Notes: generated by a model not told the origin, from the letters alone. A stretch of 64,000 nucleotides of DNA from Gammaproteobacteria bacterium (GCA_965243395.1 CBDEUS010000001.1:800001-864000); one strand, 5' to 3'; shown: positions 31,450-41,353, numbered from the stretch's first letter. Translations and numbers: made by a program.

Positions 31450-32553
31450 TTAGCCCCAAACTTCCGACGCAGTCTCCACTAGTGTGCGCAGTTTAACTTT
31501 TTGGTCATCGATTTCGAGCTCGTTACCTTCGATAGAAGTTGCGAATCCACATTGTGGAGAAATGGCAAGGCGTTCTAGCGGACAGTATTTGGATGCTTCC
31601 ATAATCCTTGTACGCAACATATCAACGCTTTCATGTCTAGGTGATTTAGTAGTAACCAGGCCCAATACTGCTGTCTTGTCATCGGGAACTTTGGCTAGCG
31701 CTTCAAACGAACCAGAGCGCTTGTCGTCATATTCGAGCATGAGTCGATTGGCTTTAATTCCGGTGAATATTTGGGATGCAATTTTGTCGTACCCACCTTC
31801 AACCAACCATCTACTTCCTTGATTTCCTCGACACAAGTGAAATGCAAAACTAACACCCGGACGATTTCCGATAACGTGATTATCAAGATCTAAACCGAAG
31901 CTCAGCCACTGATCTCCGGCATTACCTCGTTGTGTGTAAAACTGCCGAAACTTCGGGTCAAGCAGCAACGTGTAGTGTGGTGCATCGATTTGAAAGTATG
32001 TGCATCCTAGATTTACAAGCTCGTCCACGTCTTCTTTCAGTAATTCGGCCACAGCACCTAGATATTCTTCGGCGTCTCGATATGCACCTGAAGAGCGCTC
32101 AGGATCCCAAAAGTTCGCAAACAAACTAGGACTGGGAATGGTGATTTTTACTGTGCGATTCGTTCTAGCTCGTGCATAGGTAAACTCTTCAGTACCTAGC
32201 GAGCGTTGCCGTCGCAATGGTTCTAATACTGCAATAGGAGGGCGCTCAATCGATTTCTCGCCTAGATCATCGCTATGCCAGTCCCCCCATAGAAATGCAT
32301 TGATGTCCCATTCACTAAAACCACTGTAGGATTCGCAAACTTGGCTCTGAAACGAAAGTCGACGCATTTCGCCATCGGTAAGAACATTCAACCCTGCCTC
32401 CTCTTGCAGATGCAAAGCGGCATCGACTGCAGCATCCTCGATACACTTGAATTCTGACGGTGAGATTTCGTTTTTACTGCGTAAATGCAATGCTTCAATC
32501 AATTCGGGTGGGCGCAATAGACTGCCAACAACATCAGCGCGTGCCTTGATCAT
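31450..32553 (-). CDS. Cobalamin-independent methionine synthase II family (single-domain MetE-like, YxjG/H-like) Zn-thiol alkyltransferase
   Basis: RADVVGSLLRP, TDGEMRR, QIDAP, HLCRGN, LEYD, SPQCGF (Zn ligands H, C, E, C). Confidence 0.88.
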   Translation of the reverse strand: MIKARADVVGSLLRPPELIEALHLRSKNEISPSEFKCIEDAAVDAALHLQEEAGLNVLTDGEMRRLSFQSQVCESYSGFSEWDINAFLWGDWHSDDLGEKSIERPPIAVLEPLRRQRSLGTEEFTYARARTNRTVKITIPSPSLFANFWDPERSSGAYRDAEEYLGAVAELLKEDVDELVNLGCTYFQIDAPHYTLLLDPKFRQFYTQRGNAGDQWLSFGLDLDNHVIGNRPGVSFAFHLCRGNQGSRWLVEGGYDKIASQIFTGIKANRLMLEYDDKRSGSFEALAKVPDDKTAVLGLVTTKSPRHESVDMLRTRIMEASKYCPLERLAISPQCGFATSIEGNELEIDDQKVKLRTLVETASEVWG

Positions 32554-33344
32554 AATTTCTCTGTTTTAATCACAATTTCAACACGACGGTTTAAGCTTCT
32601 GCCAGCATTGGTTGTATTGGATGCAACAGGAACTTCTTCACCAAATCCACGGGTTTCGATTCGTGTGGGTTCAATGCCACGTAATATTAAAAAGTTTTTC
32701 ACGGCATCTGCACGTTGTAACGATAAACGTTTATTTGTATCGGCTTCACCCATACTATCTGTATGACCTTCAACGATGATTTCACGTTTTTCATTACCAA
32801 TTAAATATTGAACTAAAGGTTCCAATCTTCTTTGCGACTCAAGTTTTAACTTAGAGCCGCCTGTATCAAACAATAAATCATTAATAACTAGAATGGTTCC
32901 GCGACTGGTCTCTTCAGCTTTGTATTCACCCAAGACTTGTTCTAATTGCTTAATACGAGCTTGTGCATTGCGTGATTCTATAGAGGCACGTTTTGCAGCC
33001 ACACGACGCGCATGAGCGATCATCTCATGTTGTTGTAATTTTAAATTTTTTAGCTCTTGTTCTTGGTGATATTTAGCAAGAAGTTCTTGCGCAATTTGTT
33101 GTTTGCGTTTAGCAAGGTAAATATGATGGTCAGTTCGAGCTAGGTTATTTTCACTAAGCGCAGATTGCGCCAAATTCAATTGTTCTTCTGCTTCAAATAA
33201 CGATACCGAAGCAACTTGATTGATGTCAGGTATAGATTTAGTTTTGTTTAACTCTAAGTTGGCTTCATCTAAAGGTGGGTAAGATTTTGGAGCGCTTGCA
33301 CACCCAGAAATAACAACTAGTAAGAAAATAATAAAATATTTCAT
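32550..33344 (-). CDS. OmpA-family lipoprotein with DUF4398-like helical N-domain
   Basis: Lipobox ISG-C; coiled coil; C-terminal EGHTDSMG..N..LS.QRA..V, RGFGE, NRRVEI. Confidence 0.88.
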   Translation of the reverse strand: MKYFIIFLLVVISGCASAPKSYPPLDEANLELNKTKSIPDINQVASVSLFEAEEQLNLAQSALSENNLARTDHHIYLAKRKQQIAQELLAKYHQEQELKNLKLQQHEMIAHARRVAAKRASIESRNAQARIKQLEQVLGEYKAEETSRGTILVINDLLFDTGGSKLKLESQRRLEPLVQYLIGNEKREIIVEGHTDSMGEADTNKRLSLQRADAVKNFLILRGIEPTRIETRGFGEEVPVASNTTNAGRSLNRRVEIVIKTEKL

Positions 33345-33351
33345 TGAGAAT

Positions 33352-33759
33352 TTAATTGTTAAGGGGCGTTACATTTATGGGTTCACGCCATTTTAATTCT
33401 TCATTTAAATTTGAAATACTATCTTCTAACTGTTTAACTTCTCCATCTACGATTAATCGTTGTGTCTTGATCTGAATCCATTCAACATCCACTAAAATTT
33501 GTTGTGCAAGCTGTTCGCTTTGCATATGGTTTTTATCAGCTTCTAATTTTTGCGCTTGTAAGAGTTTTGTTTTTACTGCATCTATCTCACTGCTAACGTG
33601 TTTACGATAGTTTGCATGATCCACACTGGTTACGGCCACTTTAGCTTGTGGCAAAGTTTTCGAAGGAGGTGAAGATGCGCAGGACGATAATAACAATACA
33701 AGCAAGAGCAAAACCACATTTAAGGCAAACGTCCTTTTTATGAATTTGGGCGCGTTCAT
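33352..33759 (-). CDS. DUF4398-like lipoprotein
   Basis: Lipobox LSS-C, helical; upstream of the OmpA-family gene in the usual DUF4398-OmpA pairing. Confidence 0.7.
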   Translation of the reverse strand: MNAPKFIKRTFALNVVLLLLVLLLSSCASSPPSKTLPQAKVAVTSVDHANYRKHVSSEIDAVKTKLLQAQKLEADKNHMQSEQLAQQILVDVEWIQIKTQRLIVDGEVKQLEDSISNLNEELKWREPINVTPLNN

Positions 33760-33887
33760 ATATTACATTTAGCTACTTAGTCGTTATTGTATTATTGATT
33801 TAACAGTTTTGTTTTACATCAGACCTAATGATAACTATAGTTTATAACATCAATACTATATAAAACTTTGTTGTTTCAAAACTTAAC

Positions 33888-34805
33888 ATGAAAATAGTCT
33901 ATTTTGTGCTTGGCATTTGCCTTATGTTAAGCCCCATACAACTGCTTGCAGAACGTTACCCATTGCCAAAAAAAGGCAATGCCATGATTGGTCAAATGTC
34001 TGTGACTACCACAAAAGACTCTGATACTTTCATTAAGTTGGCACGGCGCTTCGGTCTGGGGTTTCAAGAGTTGGTGCTGGCTAATCCTGAAGTTGACCCC
34101 TGGTTGCCTGGTGAGGGCACACAAATCGTCGTTCCAACGCGCTTTATTCTGCCTAAAGCAAAACGTCAAGGCTTAGTGTTAAATCTAGCTGAAATGCGTG
34201 TCTATTATTATCCGAAAGAATCGCCCGGCCATGTTTATACTTACCCCATAAGTATCGGCAAAGATGGATGGAGTACGCCACATAGTCAAACGAGAGTAAT
34301 CGCCAAGACAAAAAATCCAACCTGGACCCCACCTGAATCTATTCGCAAAGAGCATGAAGAAAATAACGATCCTCTCCCGCCTACGGTACCCCCTGGTCCT
34401 GATAATCCGCTTGGTAAATATGCCATACGTCTAGGGTTATCGGGCTATCTTATTCATGGTACAAATAATCCACGAGGTATTGGAATGAAAGTTACGCATG
34501 GTTGTATTCGTTTACATCCTGACGATATTAAAGATCTATTTTCTCGAATACCGATAGATACTCCCGTTACGATTGTTAACCAGCCATATAAGCTCGCTTG
34601 GCAAGATGGCAAGCTTTATGCCGAGATGCACCCCAATGAAGGGGATGAAAGCGGCAGTAACTCAAGATATTTAACACAGTTTGTGCAAGCAATTATTAGT
34701 GCTACACAGTCGAAAGAAGGCTATCAAGTGGATTGGGAACTTGCTAACCAAATGGCAAGGAATAAAACAGGAGTTCCGATATCTGTCGGTACTAAGCTTG
34801 AGTAG
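33888..34805 (+). CDS. L,D-transpeptidase (ErfK/YbiS/YcfS/YnhG family)
   Basis: Signal peptide, LysM-like ANPEVDPWLP, PGPDNPLG, YLIHGTN...THGCIRL (His/Cys catalytic pair). Confidence 0.95.
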   Translation: MKIVYFVLGICLMLSPIQLLAERYPLPKKGNAMIGQMSVTTTKDSDTFIKLARRFGLGFQELVLANPEVDPWLPGEGTQIVVPTRFILPKAKRQGLVLNLAEMRVYYYPKESPGHVYTYPISIGKDGWSTPHSQTRVIAKTKNPTWTPPESIRKEHEENNDPLPPTVPPGPDNPLGKYAIRLGLSGYLIHGTNNPRGIGMKVTHGCIRLHPDDIKDLFSRIPIDTPVTIVNQPYKLAWQDGKLYAEMHPNEGDESGSNSRYLTQFVQAIISATQSKEGYQVDWELANQMARNKTGVPISVGTKLE

Positions 34806-34835
34806 TTGGTTTCTTAATTTACTACTTACAAACAT

Positions 34836-34864
34836 AAAAAAAGGCCCGTTAATCGGGCCTTTTT
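34836..34864. terminator. Bidirectional rho-independent terminator
   Basis: aaaaaaaggcccg-ttaat-cgggccttttt between the convergent L,D-transpeptidase and OprI-like genes. Confidence 0.9.
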
Positions 34865-34908
34865 GTTTATCTTAAATATTAAGATAAATATAGCTTGAGC
34901 TCACTCCC

Positions 34909-35205
34909 TTATTTAGAACCCATAGAACCGTCAAACATGCGGCTCATGCGACGAGAATTTGCATCGCAACATGCTTGCGCAGCGGTTGCTGCATCCTGAG
35001 CAGCTAGTGCTAAATCTTTAGCAGTTGCAGCATCATAAGCAGCAGAGTTTGCAGTACGTAAAGCTTCTTCAGCGATTGAACGAACCTCTGCCAATGGATC
35101 ACCTTCAGCTTCAGGCTCAGCCATAGTCTCAGTGGTTTGGCAACCGGTAGCGAAAATAGCTGCAAATCCGATTACTGCAGGGACTAGAAGTTTTTTAGTT
35201 AGCAT
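34909..35205 (-). CDS. Lpp/OprI-family alanine-zipper lipoprotein
   Basis: Lipobox ATG-C; Ala-rich heptads; AN.RM.RMF..SM motif; C-terminal Lys; GGAG RBS; adjacent to an L,D-transpeptidase. Confidence 0.85.
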   Translation of the reverse strand: MLTKKLLVPAVIGFAAIFATGCQTTETMAEPEAEGDPLAEVRSIAEEALRTANSAAYDAATAKDLALAAQDAATAAQACCDANSRRMSRMFDGSMGSK

Positions 35206-35338
35206 ATTATTAACTCCGAAGTTATTTTAGATTGATAATCGTACGATTGATTAATTTCATTGTTCGTTACACTTCCACTTAACTTCCCAAATGGACACCT
35301 AGCGTCATTGACACTAAGTGCTGTAACAGAACGACGGT

Positions 35339-35367
35339 ATTGTATGTAAAAACGTTATATTTACCAA
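35339..35367 (-). promoter_or_regulatory. Sigma70 promoter of the OprI-like gene
   Basis: Minus strand TTGGTA-17 nt-TACAAT, followed shortly by an 11-bp 5' hairpin (35296-35320). Confidence 0.6.
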
Positions 35368-35689
35368 GCTTATTATGCGCAATGTCTTAAATTTGATCGC
35401 TAACTAAGGAAAATTAGACACGAAATCATAATATTCCACTATATGAATAGTGATTTATTACTTTGTCGTTGTGGCAAAAATGGTTAAATAATCACCAATT
35501 AATTTTTGGATGCTGGTGTAATCTAAGATCAAGTTGCGTTAAACTAATTTATTAAATGTTAGCTAAAGTCTTGTTAAACAAGGTTTATTTACTATTACAG
35601 AGACTATCCGTCACTTAACATAATCAAATAAAATTTGTAAAGTCAGAATCATAATAACGAACAACACATTCTAGAGAGAACAAGGAACG

Positions 35690-36022
35690 ATGAATCATAG
35701 TGCTGCTCCGAATGAAGACAGGCGTATTACACGACGTAAACGATCACCTTCAAATTTACACTTATATTGTCCACAACTTAGTATCAAGAGAAGCAGACCC
35801 GTTAATCTAAGTACACGTGGTGCATTCTTAGACTATATTCCAGATCACGCCTATGTGGGACGCAGAGTACAGTTGGTGTTTTCTGTAGCTGATCACAATA
35901 CTATAAAGCTGATTCGAGTTTGGGCGGTTGTGGTGCATTTATCTAATGAAGGAATAGGGTTTGGCTTTACTCATAAGTATCGTTCATCTAGATCGATAAA
36001 CAACAATAGAAAATCTTTATAA
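35690..36022 (+). CDS. PilZ-domain protein
   Basis: DRRITRR (RxxxR) and NLSTRGAFL (N/DxSxxG), then AVVVH...GIGFGF. Confidence 0.75.
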   Translation: MNHSAAPNEDRRITRRKRSPSNLHLYCPQLSIKRSRPVNLSTRGAFLDYIPDHAYVGRRVQLVFSVADHNTIKLIRVWAVVVHLSNEGIGFGFTHKYRSSRSINNNRKSL

Positions 36023-36157
36023 AACACTGAAATTTATAAGGATATTTCTAATTTCATACAAATTTTGATAATTTGACAAAATTGATCTGCTTCACTTTAT
36101 GAAGCTCAGTTCCATGTTTATATTAATGCCATAACTTTGGAGAGTTAGAGAGCTCAA

Positions 36158-36676
36158 TTGATGGAAAGCGTTGAAGCTGAAGCTAAGGTCTATGTGCATC
36201 GCGAGGCAGATAGGCGCTTAGAAACCACATCTGTACAATTTCCTTTGCTAGATAGCGATTTTAATATCGTTCGTCAGGATAGACGTCGCATTATTGATAG
36301 GCGTAGGTCTAATCTGAAACTGATATGGCAAGAAAACCAGCCTATCCGTAATACGAGTTTCCTCACTTTAGAATACAATTATCAAAGCTACTTTTTTGAC
36401 AAACGCCTGAAAAAGTTTAGTTTAGGTCGTTCCCATCAGTCTGATTTGCGTATTGAAAATCGGTTTGTCTCTAAACACCATGCAACCCTAAATTATGAAA
36501 ATGGGGAATTCGTACTTAAAGACAATAGTTTAAACGGTACATTTATTGAAATGGAGGATCTTGGAAAGATCCGTATTCAAGGCCAAAAGGTATATTTGTA
36601 TGGAAAAGGTTTAATCAGTCTAGGCACACCGTTCGGGCGCAATCAAGAATCTGTTATTTGCTTCAATTGCGACTAG
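36158..36676 (+). CDS. FHA-domain protein with Arg-rich N-terminus
   Basis: LGRS..SDL.I....VSKHHA...L.D.SLNGTFI FHA motifs. Confidence 0.82.
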   Translation: MMESVEAEAKVYVHREADRRLETTSVQFPLLDSDFNIVRQDRRRIIDRRRSNLKLIWQENQPIRNTSFLTLEYNYQSYFFDKRLKKFSLGRSHQSDLRIENRFVSKHHATLNYENGEFVLKDNSLNGTFIEMEDLGKIRIQGQKVYLYGKGLISLGTPFGRNQESVICFNCD

Positions 36677-36968
36677 TAATTTTCTTTTAGTCGCAGCACT
36701 TTCTTATTCAACTAAATTATCTTGCTGGGCAAAATATGCACAGCAATGGCATAATTTAATTTTAGGAATTAAAACAATAAACTTAATAATATTAATGTTT
36801 AACTAATAACATTAATACGCCAATCAGCAGTACTAACAAAGCGAATAGCAAATTTATAGATAGCGACATTAGCTTGTCTTTTTATTGTTATGAGGTTTAT
36901 TTTTGTTATTTGTTGATTGTATGCTGAATCAAGATAAATATTTACAACAAATATATAGTGGTTAACAC

Positions 36969-38081
36969 GTGGACACGTTTCATAAGCGAGTAAATGAACT
37001 ACTTACCCTTGCAAATATTAAGGTTGCTGGTAATCAAGCTTGGGATATACAAGTTCTTGATGATCGTTTTTATAAACGAGTATTAGCAGATGGTTCACTT
37101 GGTTTGGGTGAGTCTTATATGGACTGTTGGTGGGAAGTTGAATCATTGGACCAGTTATTCTGTAATATTTTATCTTCCGACATTGAACATCGAGTTAAAA
37201 CTAAAGGTTTTATTTGGTTAGCTTTGCAATCAAAGCTGTTTAATCTTCAAAGTATTCGCCGCGCCTTTCGCGTAGGAGAAAAACATTACGATATCGGTAA
37301 TGATTTATTTAACAAGATGCTCGATAAACGTCTTACTTATACTTGTGGTTATTGGAAAGATGCAAAAAATCTTGATCAAGCCCAGGAGCACAAGCTTGAT
37401 CTAGTTTGTCGCAAAATTGGATTGAAAGAAAATCAACGCGTGCTGGACATTGGTTGTGGGTGGGGAAGTTTTATTAAATTTGCTGCCGAACGTTACGGGG
37501 CTCAAACTGTAGGAGTTACTATTTCTAAAGAACAGGCAGAGTTTGCAAGAGAAAATTGTAAAAATTTACCTGTTGAAGTCAGATTGCAAGATTACCGCGA
37601 GTTAAACGAAAAGTTTGACCATATAATATCTCTGGGAATGTTTGAGCATGTAGGGCCAAAAAATTATAAGACTTATATGCAAGTAGCATCTCGATGCTTA
37701 AAGGAAAATGGTTTATTTTTATTACATACCATAGGGGCAAACTATACGCGCCATAGTCCAGACCCCTGGATTAATAAATATATTTTCCCTAATGGGGTGC
37801 TGCCATCACTAAGAGATATTAGTAATTCATTTGATAAAATATTTGTTTTAGAAGACTTCCATAGTTTTGGTCCAGATTATGATAAAACATTAATGGCATG
37901 GTTTAATAATTTTGATAAAAGCTGGAAACAACTTTGCGATAAATATGGCGAACGATTTTATAGAATGTGGAAGTATTATTTATTAGGTTGTGCAGGGGCA
38001 TTTCGTGCTAGAAATATTCAGTTATGGCAGCTCGTTTTCTCTAAACATGGTGTACCAGGTGGCTATACCCCGGTTAGATAA
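36969..38081 (+). CDS. cfa: Cyclopropane-fatty-acyl-phospholipid synthase
   Basis: GSLGLGESYMD, HYDIGNDLF, YTCGYW, LDIGCGWG, GMFEHVG, KYIFPNG. Confidence 0.96.
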   Translation: MDTFHKRVNELLTLANIKVAGNQAWDIQVLDDRFYKRVLADGSLGLGESYMDCWWEVESLDQLFCNILSSDIEHRVKTKGFIWLALQSKLFNLQSIRRAFRVGEKHYDIGNDLFNKMLDKRLTYTCGYWKDAKNLDQAQEHKLDLVCRKIGLKENQRVLDIGCGWGSFIKFAAERYGAQTVGVTISKEQAEFARENCKNLPVEVRLQDYRELNEKFDHIISLGMFEHVGPKNYKTYMQVASRCLKENGLFLLHTIGANYTRHSPDPWINKYIFPNGVLPSLRDISNSFDKIFVLEDFHSFGPDYDKTLMAWFNNFDKSWKQLCDKYGERFYRMWKYYLLGCAGAFRARNIQLWQLVFSKHGVPGGYTPVR

Positions 38082-38092
38082 TTTTTAAATAA

Positions 38093-38536
38093 GTGACACA
38101 ATTTATTTCCATTTCAAAAGCGGCTACATTAGCAAATGTGCATGCCAAAGAAATTCAGGAAAAAATTGATAATAAGCAGTTAGCCTCCACGCGCGGAAAA
38201 ATCCACCTAGATGATTTAATTCATTGCTACCCACAAGCAAAGATAGATCAGGTTAATATGGTGTCTTTGGTGGAAAAAATTAAAGAGCAATCATTTGAGA
38301 CTGGTGCTGCTAAAGCGCATGGCGAAGTCAGTATCGAAGCGCTTAAGCAAAAAATACTTAAATATAAAACAAATGCAAACTACTATCACGAACAAGTAAT
38401 TAAATACGAAGATTTAATATTACATATACAAGAAAATTTAGCTGATATCCAAAATCGTAATCCAAATGACCATCGCGCACAGCGACTCATTGACTGGATT
38501 AATAAACGTTTGCATGAAATTCACCGAAATGATTAG
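38093..38536 (+). CDS. Hypothetical protein with N-terminal MerR/excisionase-like HTH and coiled coil
   Basis: ISISKAATLANV...IQEKI...L.S pattern; helical C-terminus; 11 bp after cfa. Confidence 0.55.
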   Translation: MTQFISISKAATLANVHAKEIQEKIDNKQLASTRGKIHLDDLIHCYPQAKIDQVNMVSLVEKIKEQSFETGAAKAHGEVSIEALKQKILKYKTNANYYHEQVIKYEDLILHIQENLADIQNRNPNDHRAQRLIDWINKRLHEIHRND

Positions 38537-38593
38537 CATCTAGCCGCCAAAGAACTACCAAATTCCTTCAATTTAATTTTAAACAATAGAAAC

Positions 38594-38830
38594 TTACTGT
38601 TTGGTAATTTCGTCTGCTTCGCCTGAGTTTGGAGTATCTCTTTTAAAGATATTGAATAGGTCTATACCAAAATAACTAAGACAGCTTAATAACAGAACGG
38701 TGGCGGCTGCTTCATCTAGATTGCCAATTATCGGAATATTATCTGGAATAAGCTCGATGAATCCCGCACCAGGATTAATTATGTAGACCAGAGAAATAAT
38801 TCCTACGATTGCTATAACTATACTTTTCAT
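38594..38830 (-). CDS. DUF1232 (YkvA) family membrane protein
   Basis: YIINP...ELIPDNIPIIGNLDE. Confidence 0.85.
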   Translation of the reverse strand: MKSIVIAIVGIISLVYIINPGAGFIELIPDNIPIIGNLDEAAATVLLLSCLSYFGIDLFNIFKRDTPNSGEADEITKQ

Positions 38831-38879
38831 GGAAAGTGATAATTAAGCAAAAACATCCCTGTTAATAATTTCTATTAGA

Positions 38880-39080
38880 CTAATCTAGTACAAAAGTGAT
38901 TTTTAATACAACGCGATGCTCTTCGATTTCACCACCTTTAACTGTAACCTGGTGATCTTTAACCCATGCACTTTTTATGCCTTTTAAGGTTTTGTTTGCG
39001 CGAGCAATACCCGTTTCAATTGCATCTTCGTAACTTTTATTAGATGAAGCGCTTATTTCTGATATTTTTGCAACACTCAT
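38880..39080 (-). CDS. Dodecin family flavin-binding protein
   Basis: MSVAKISEI.ASS.KSYEDAI..GI.RA.KTL....SAWVKD...KITFVLD. Confidence 0.92.
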   Translation of the reverse strand: MSVAKISEISASSNKSYEDAIETGIARANKTLKGIKSAWVKDHQVTVKGGEIEEHRVVLKITFVLD

Positions 39081-39215
39081 TATGAGGATCTCCTAGGTTA
39101 TTAGTATTAATATTTATGCAATCAAGCTTACCTTAGTTATTAAAAAATTGTAATCTGTATAGAAGTTACATTTTGTAATGTTTAATGTATCTTTCCTTTA
39201 TATAGGTTATATGAA

Positions 39216-40145
39216 ATGCAAACACCACCACGACCACATTTAGAACGTTTATTACAAGCTGTTTCGAGTATGCCAGCATTGAAAACAGCTGTTGTTCATC
39301 CTGTAGGCAAGTCTTCTTTGTTGGGGGCAATAGAAGCAGCAGAAGAAGGTTTAATTTCACCTCTACTTGTTGGTCCAAAGCAGCGAATCGAGGCAGTTGC
39401 CAAAGAGGCAAAACTGGATATAAGTGGCTGCGAAATTATTGCCTCGAAACATAGTCACGACTCGGCAAAGTTGGCGGTTGAATTGGCTCGGGATGGACAA
39501 GTGTCTGCAATAATGAAAGGTAAACTTCATACGGATGAGCTTATGAGTGCAGTTGTAAGTCGTGAAGGAGGCTTGCGTACAGGCAGAAGAATGAGCCATG
39601 TTTTCGCATTTGATGTTCCTACTTATCCAAGACCTTTATTTATTACCGATGCCGCAATCAACATTACTCCAGATTTAGAAACAAAAGCTGATATTGTGCG
39701 CAATGTAATTGAACTTGCGCATATACTCGATATTGCCAACCCACGCATTGCTATTTTATCTGCAGTCGAAACCGTTACTTCAAAAATCGAATCAACTTTG
39801 CATGCGGCTGCATTATGCAAAATGGCCGATCGCGGGCAAATAAAAGGGGGCCTCTTAGATGGTCCGCTTGCATTCGACAATGCTGTTTCTGAAGAAGCAG
39901 TCAAGATAAAAGGGATCGAGTCAGATGTTGCAGGTAAGGCTGAAGTTTTGATGGTACCCGATATAGAAGCGGGAAATATGTTGGCTAAACAATTGGAGTA
40001 TTTAGCTGAGGCAGAGGGTGCTGGAATTGTATTAGGAGCAAAAGTGCCGGTAGTACTACCTAGTCGAGCGGACGATGCTATGAGTCGTTTAGCGGCATGT
40101 GCTTTGGCGGTAATTATTTCCAATAGTAAACCCGTTAATCAATGA
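39216..40145 (+). CDS. Phosphate acetyl/butyryltransferase
   Basis: MKGKLHTD, GLRTGRRMSH, ITDAAINI.P, DGPLAFDNA, PDIEAGNML; ATGA overlap with ackA. Confidence 0.9.
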   Translation: MQTPPRPHLERLLQAVSSMPALKTAVVHPVGKSSLLGAIEAAEEGLISPLLVGPKQRIEAVAKEAKLDISGCEIIASKHSHDSAKLAVELARDGQVSAIMKGKLHTDELMSAVVSREGGLRTGRRMSHVFAFDVPTYPRPLFITDAAINITPDLETKADIVRNVIELAHILDIANPRIAILSAVETVTSKIESTLHAAALCKMADRGQIKGGLLDGPLAFDNAVSEEAVKIKGIESDVAGKAEVLMVPDIEAGNMLAKQLEYLAEAEGAGIVLGAKVPVVLPSRADDAMSRLAACALAVIISNSKPVNQ

Positions 40146-41329
40146 AAAATATTTTAGTGATTAATGCTGGTTCTTCCAGTGTAAAACTTTCTATTTTTGA
40201 TGCTACTAAACAAAATTTAACAAAAATTATTCACGCACGGGCCGTAAGACTTTTCCATCAAGATGCACTTATTACGATTTATGATAAAGACAAAATTGTC
40301 TTGGTTGAAAAAAACTTGGCAGAGATAACGGTTCAAGTACCCAATCACAAAGTAGCAATCGAATTTTTTCTTGGTTGGTTGTCACAACAACCCGAAATTA
40401 ATTTACAAGCCGTAGGACACCGTGTGGTACATGGTGGGCCCAAGTATTCAAAGCCTGAAGTGCTAACCAGTGAGGTTATGGATGATTTGGTTGCTTATCA
40501 ACCGCTTGCCCCATTACATCAAGAACATAACTTGGCACCAATCGGTGCAATAAAAGAGTTATATGCTGATTTGCTCCAAATAGCTTGTTTTGATACAGCA
40601 TTCCACCAAAACATGCCTCAAGTTGCTAAGCGTTTTGCTTTGCCTGGTAAATATTATGAAGAAGGCGTGATGCGATATGGTTTTCATGGCTTGTCATATG
40701 AATACATCTTGGAATCACTATCAGTACAACAAAGTTTAAATAATAAAAAAATAGTCATAGCACACTTAGGTAATGGCGCTAGCATGTGTGCCGCACAAAA
40801 TGGCAAATCAATTGCTACAACAATGAGTTTTACACCTTTAGATGGTTTGGTAATGGGCACAAGATGTGGTGATTTAGATCCAGGAGTTATTTTACATTTA
40901 TTAACGCATTATGAGTTAACTTCAGAAGAGATTACTGAATTGTTATATAAAAAATCTGGTTTGCTGGGAGTCTCAGGAGAAACAAATAACATGCGTAAAT
41001 TATTAGACTCAAATACAAAGACCTGTATCGAGGCAATAGATTTATTTTGTTACCAAGTTAATCGATTTATGGGTATGCTGGTTGCTGAATTGGGCGGTGT
41101 AGATCAAATTGTTTTTACAGCAGGTATTGGAGAGAACTCACCAGAGATTCGATCTAAAATCTGCAAGTTAGCGAGTTGGTTAGGAATAGAAATAGACACA
41201 GAAGCTAATGAAAATAATATTAATAAGATTAGTAGTCCAAGTAGTGCGGTGGAAGTTTTTGTAATTCCTACAAATGAAGCATTAATGATTGCAAAGCATA
41301 CGCATAGAATAATGAATAACAGTAAATAA
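40142..41329 (+). CDS. ackA: Acetate/propionate kinase
   Basis: INAGSSS, GHRVVHGG, FDTAFH, YGFHGLSY, HLGNGAS, FTAGIGEN, PTNE. Confidence 0.95.
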   Translation: MKNILVINAGSSSVKLSIFDATKQNLTKIIHARAVRLFHQDALITIYDKDKIVLVEKNLAEITVQVPNHKVAIEFFLGWLSQQPEINLQAVGHRVVHGGPKYSKPEVLTSEVMDDLVAYQPLAPLHQEHNLAPIGAIKELYADLLQIACFDTAFHQNMPQVAKRFALPGKYYEEGVMRYGFHGLSYEYILESLSVQQSLNNKKIVIAHLGNGASMCAAQNGKSIATTMSFTPLDGLVMGTRCGDLDPGVILHLLTHYELTSEEITELLYKKSGLLGVSGETNNMRKLLDSNTKTCIEAIDLFCYQVNRFMGMLVAELGGVDQIVFTAGIGENSPEIRSKICKLASWLGIEIDTEANENNINKISSPSSAVEVFVIPTNEALMIAKHTHRIMNNSK

Positions 41330-41353
41330 TATTAGTTTATTGAAAAAAGGATT

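Noticed and set aside
36913-36932. FNR box upstream of cfa (ttgat...atcaa)
   Set aside because: Spacer is 10 nt instead of the required 4
39216-40145. Pseudogene call for lacking the N-terminal MaoC domain found in bifunctional homologues
   Set aside because: The transferase domain is intact and coupled to ackA; stand-alone forms are common
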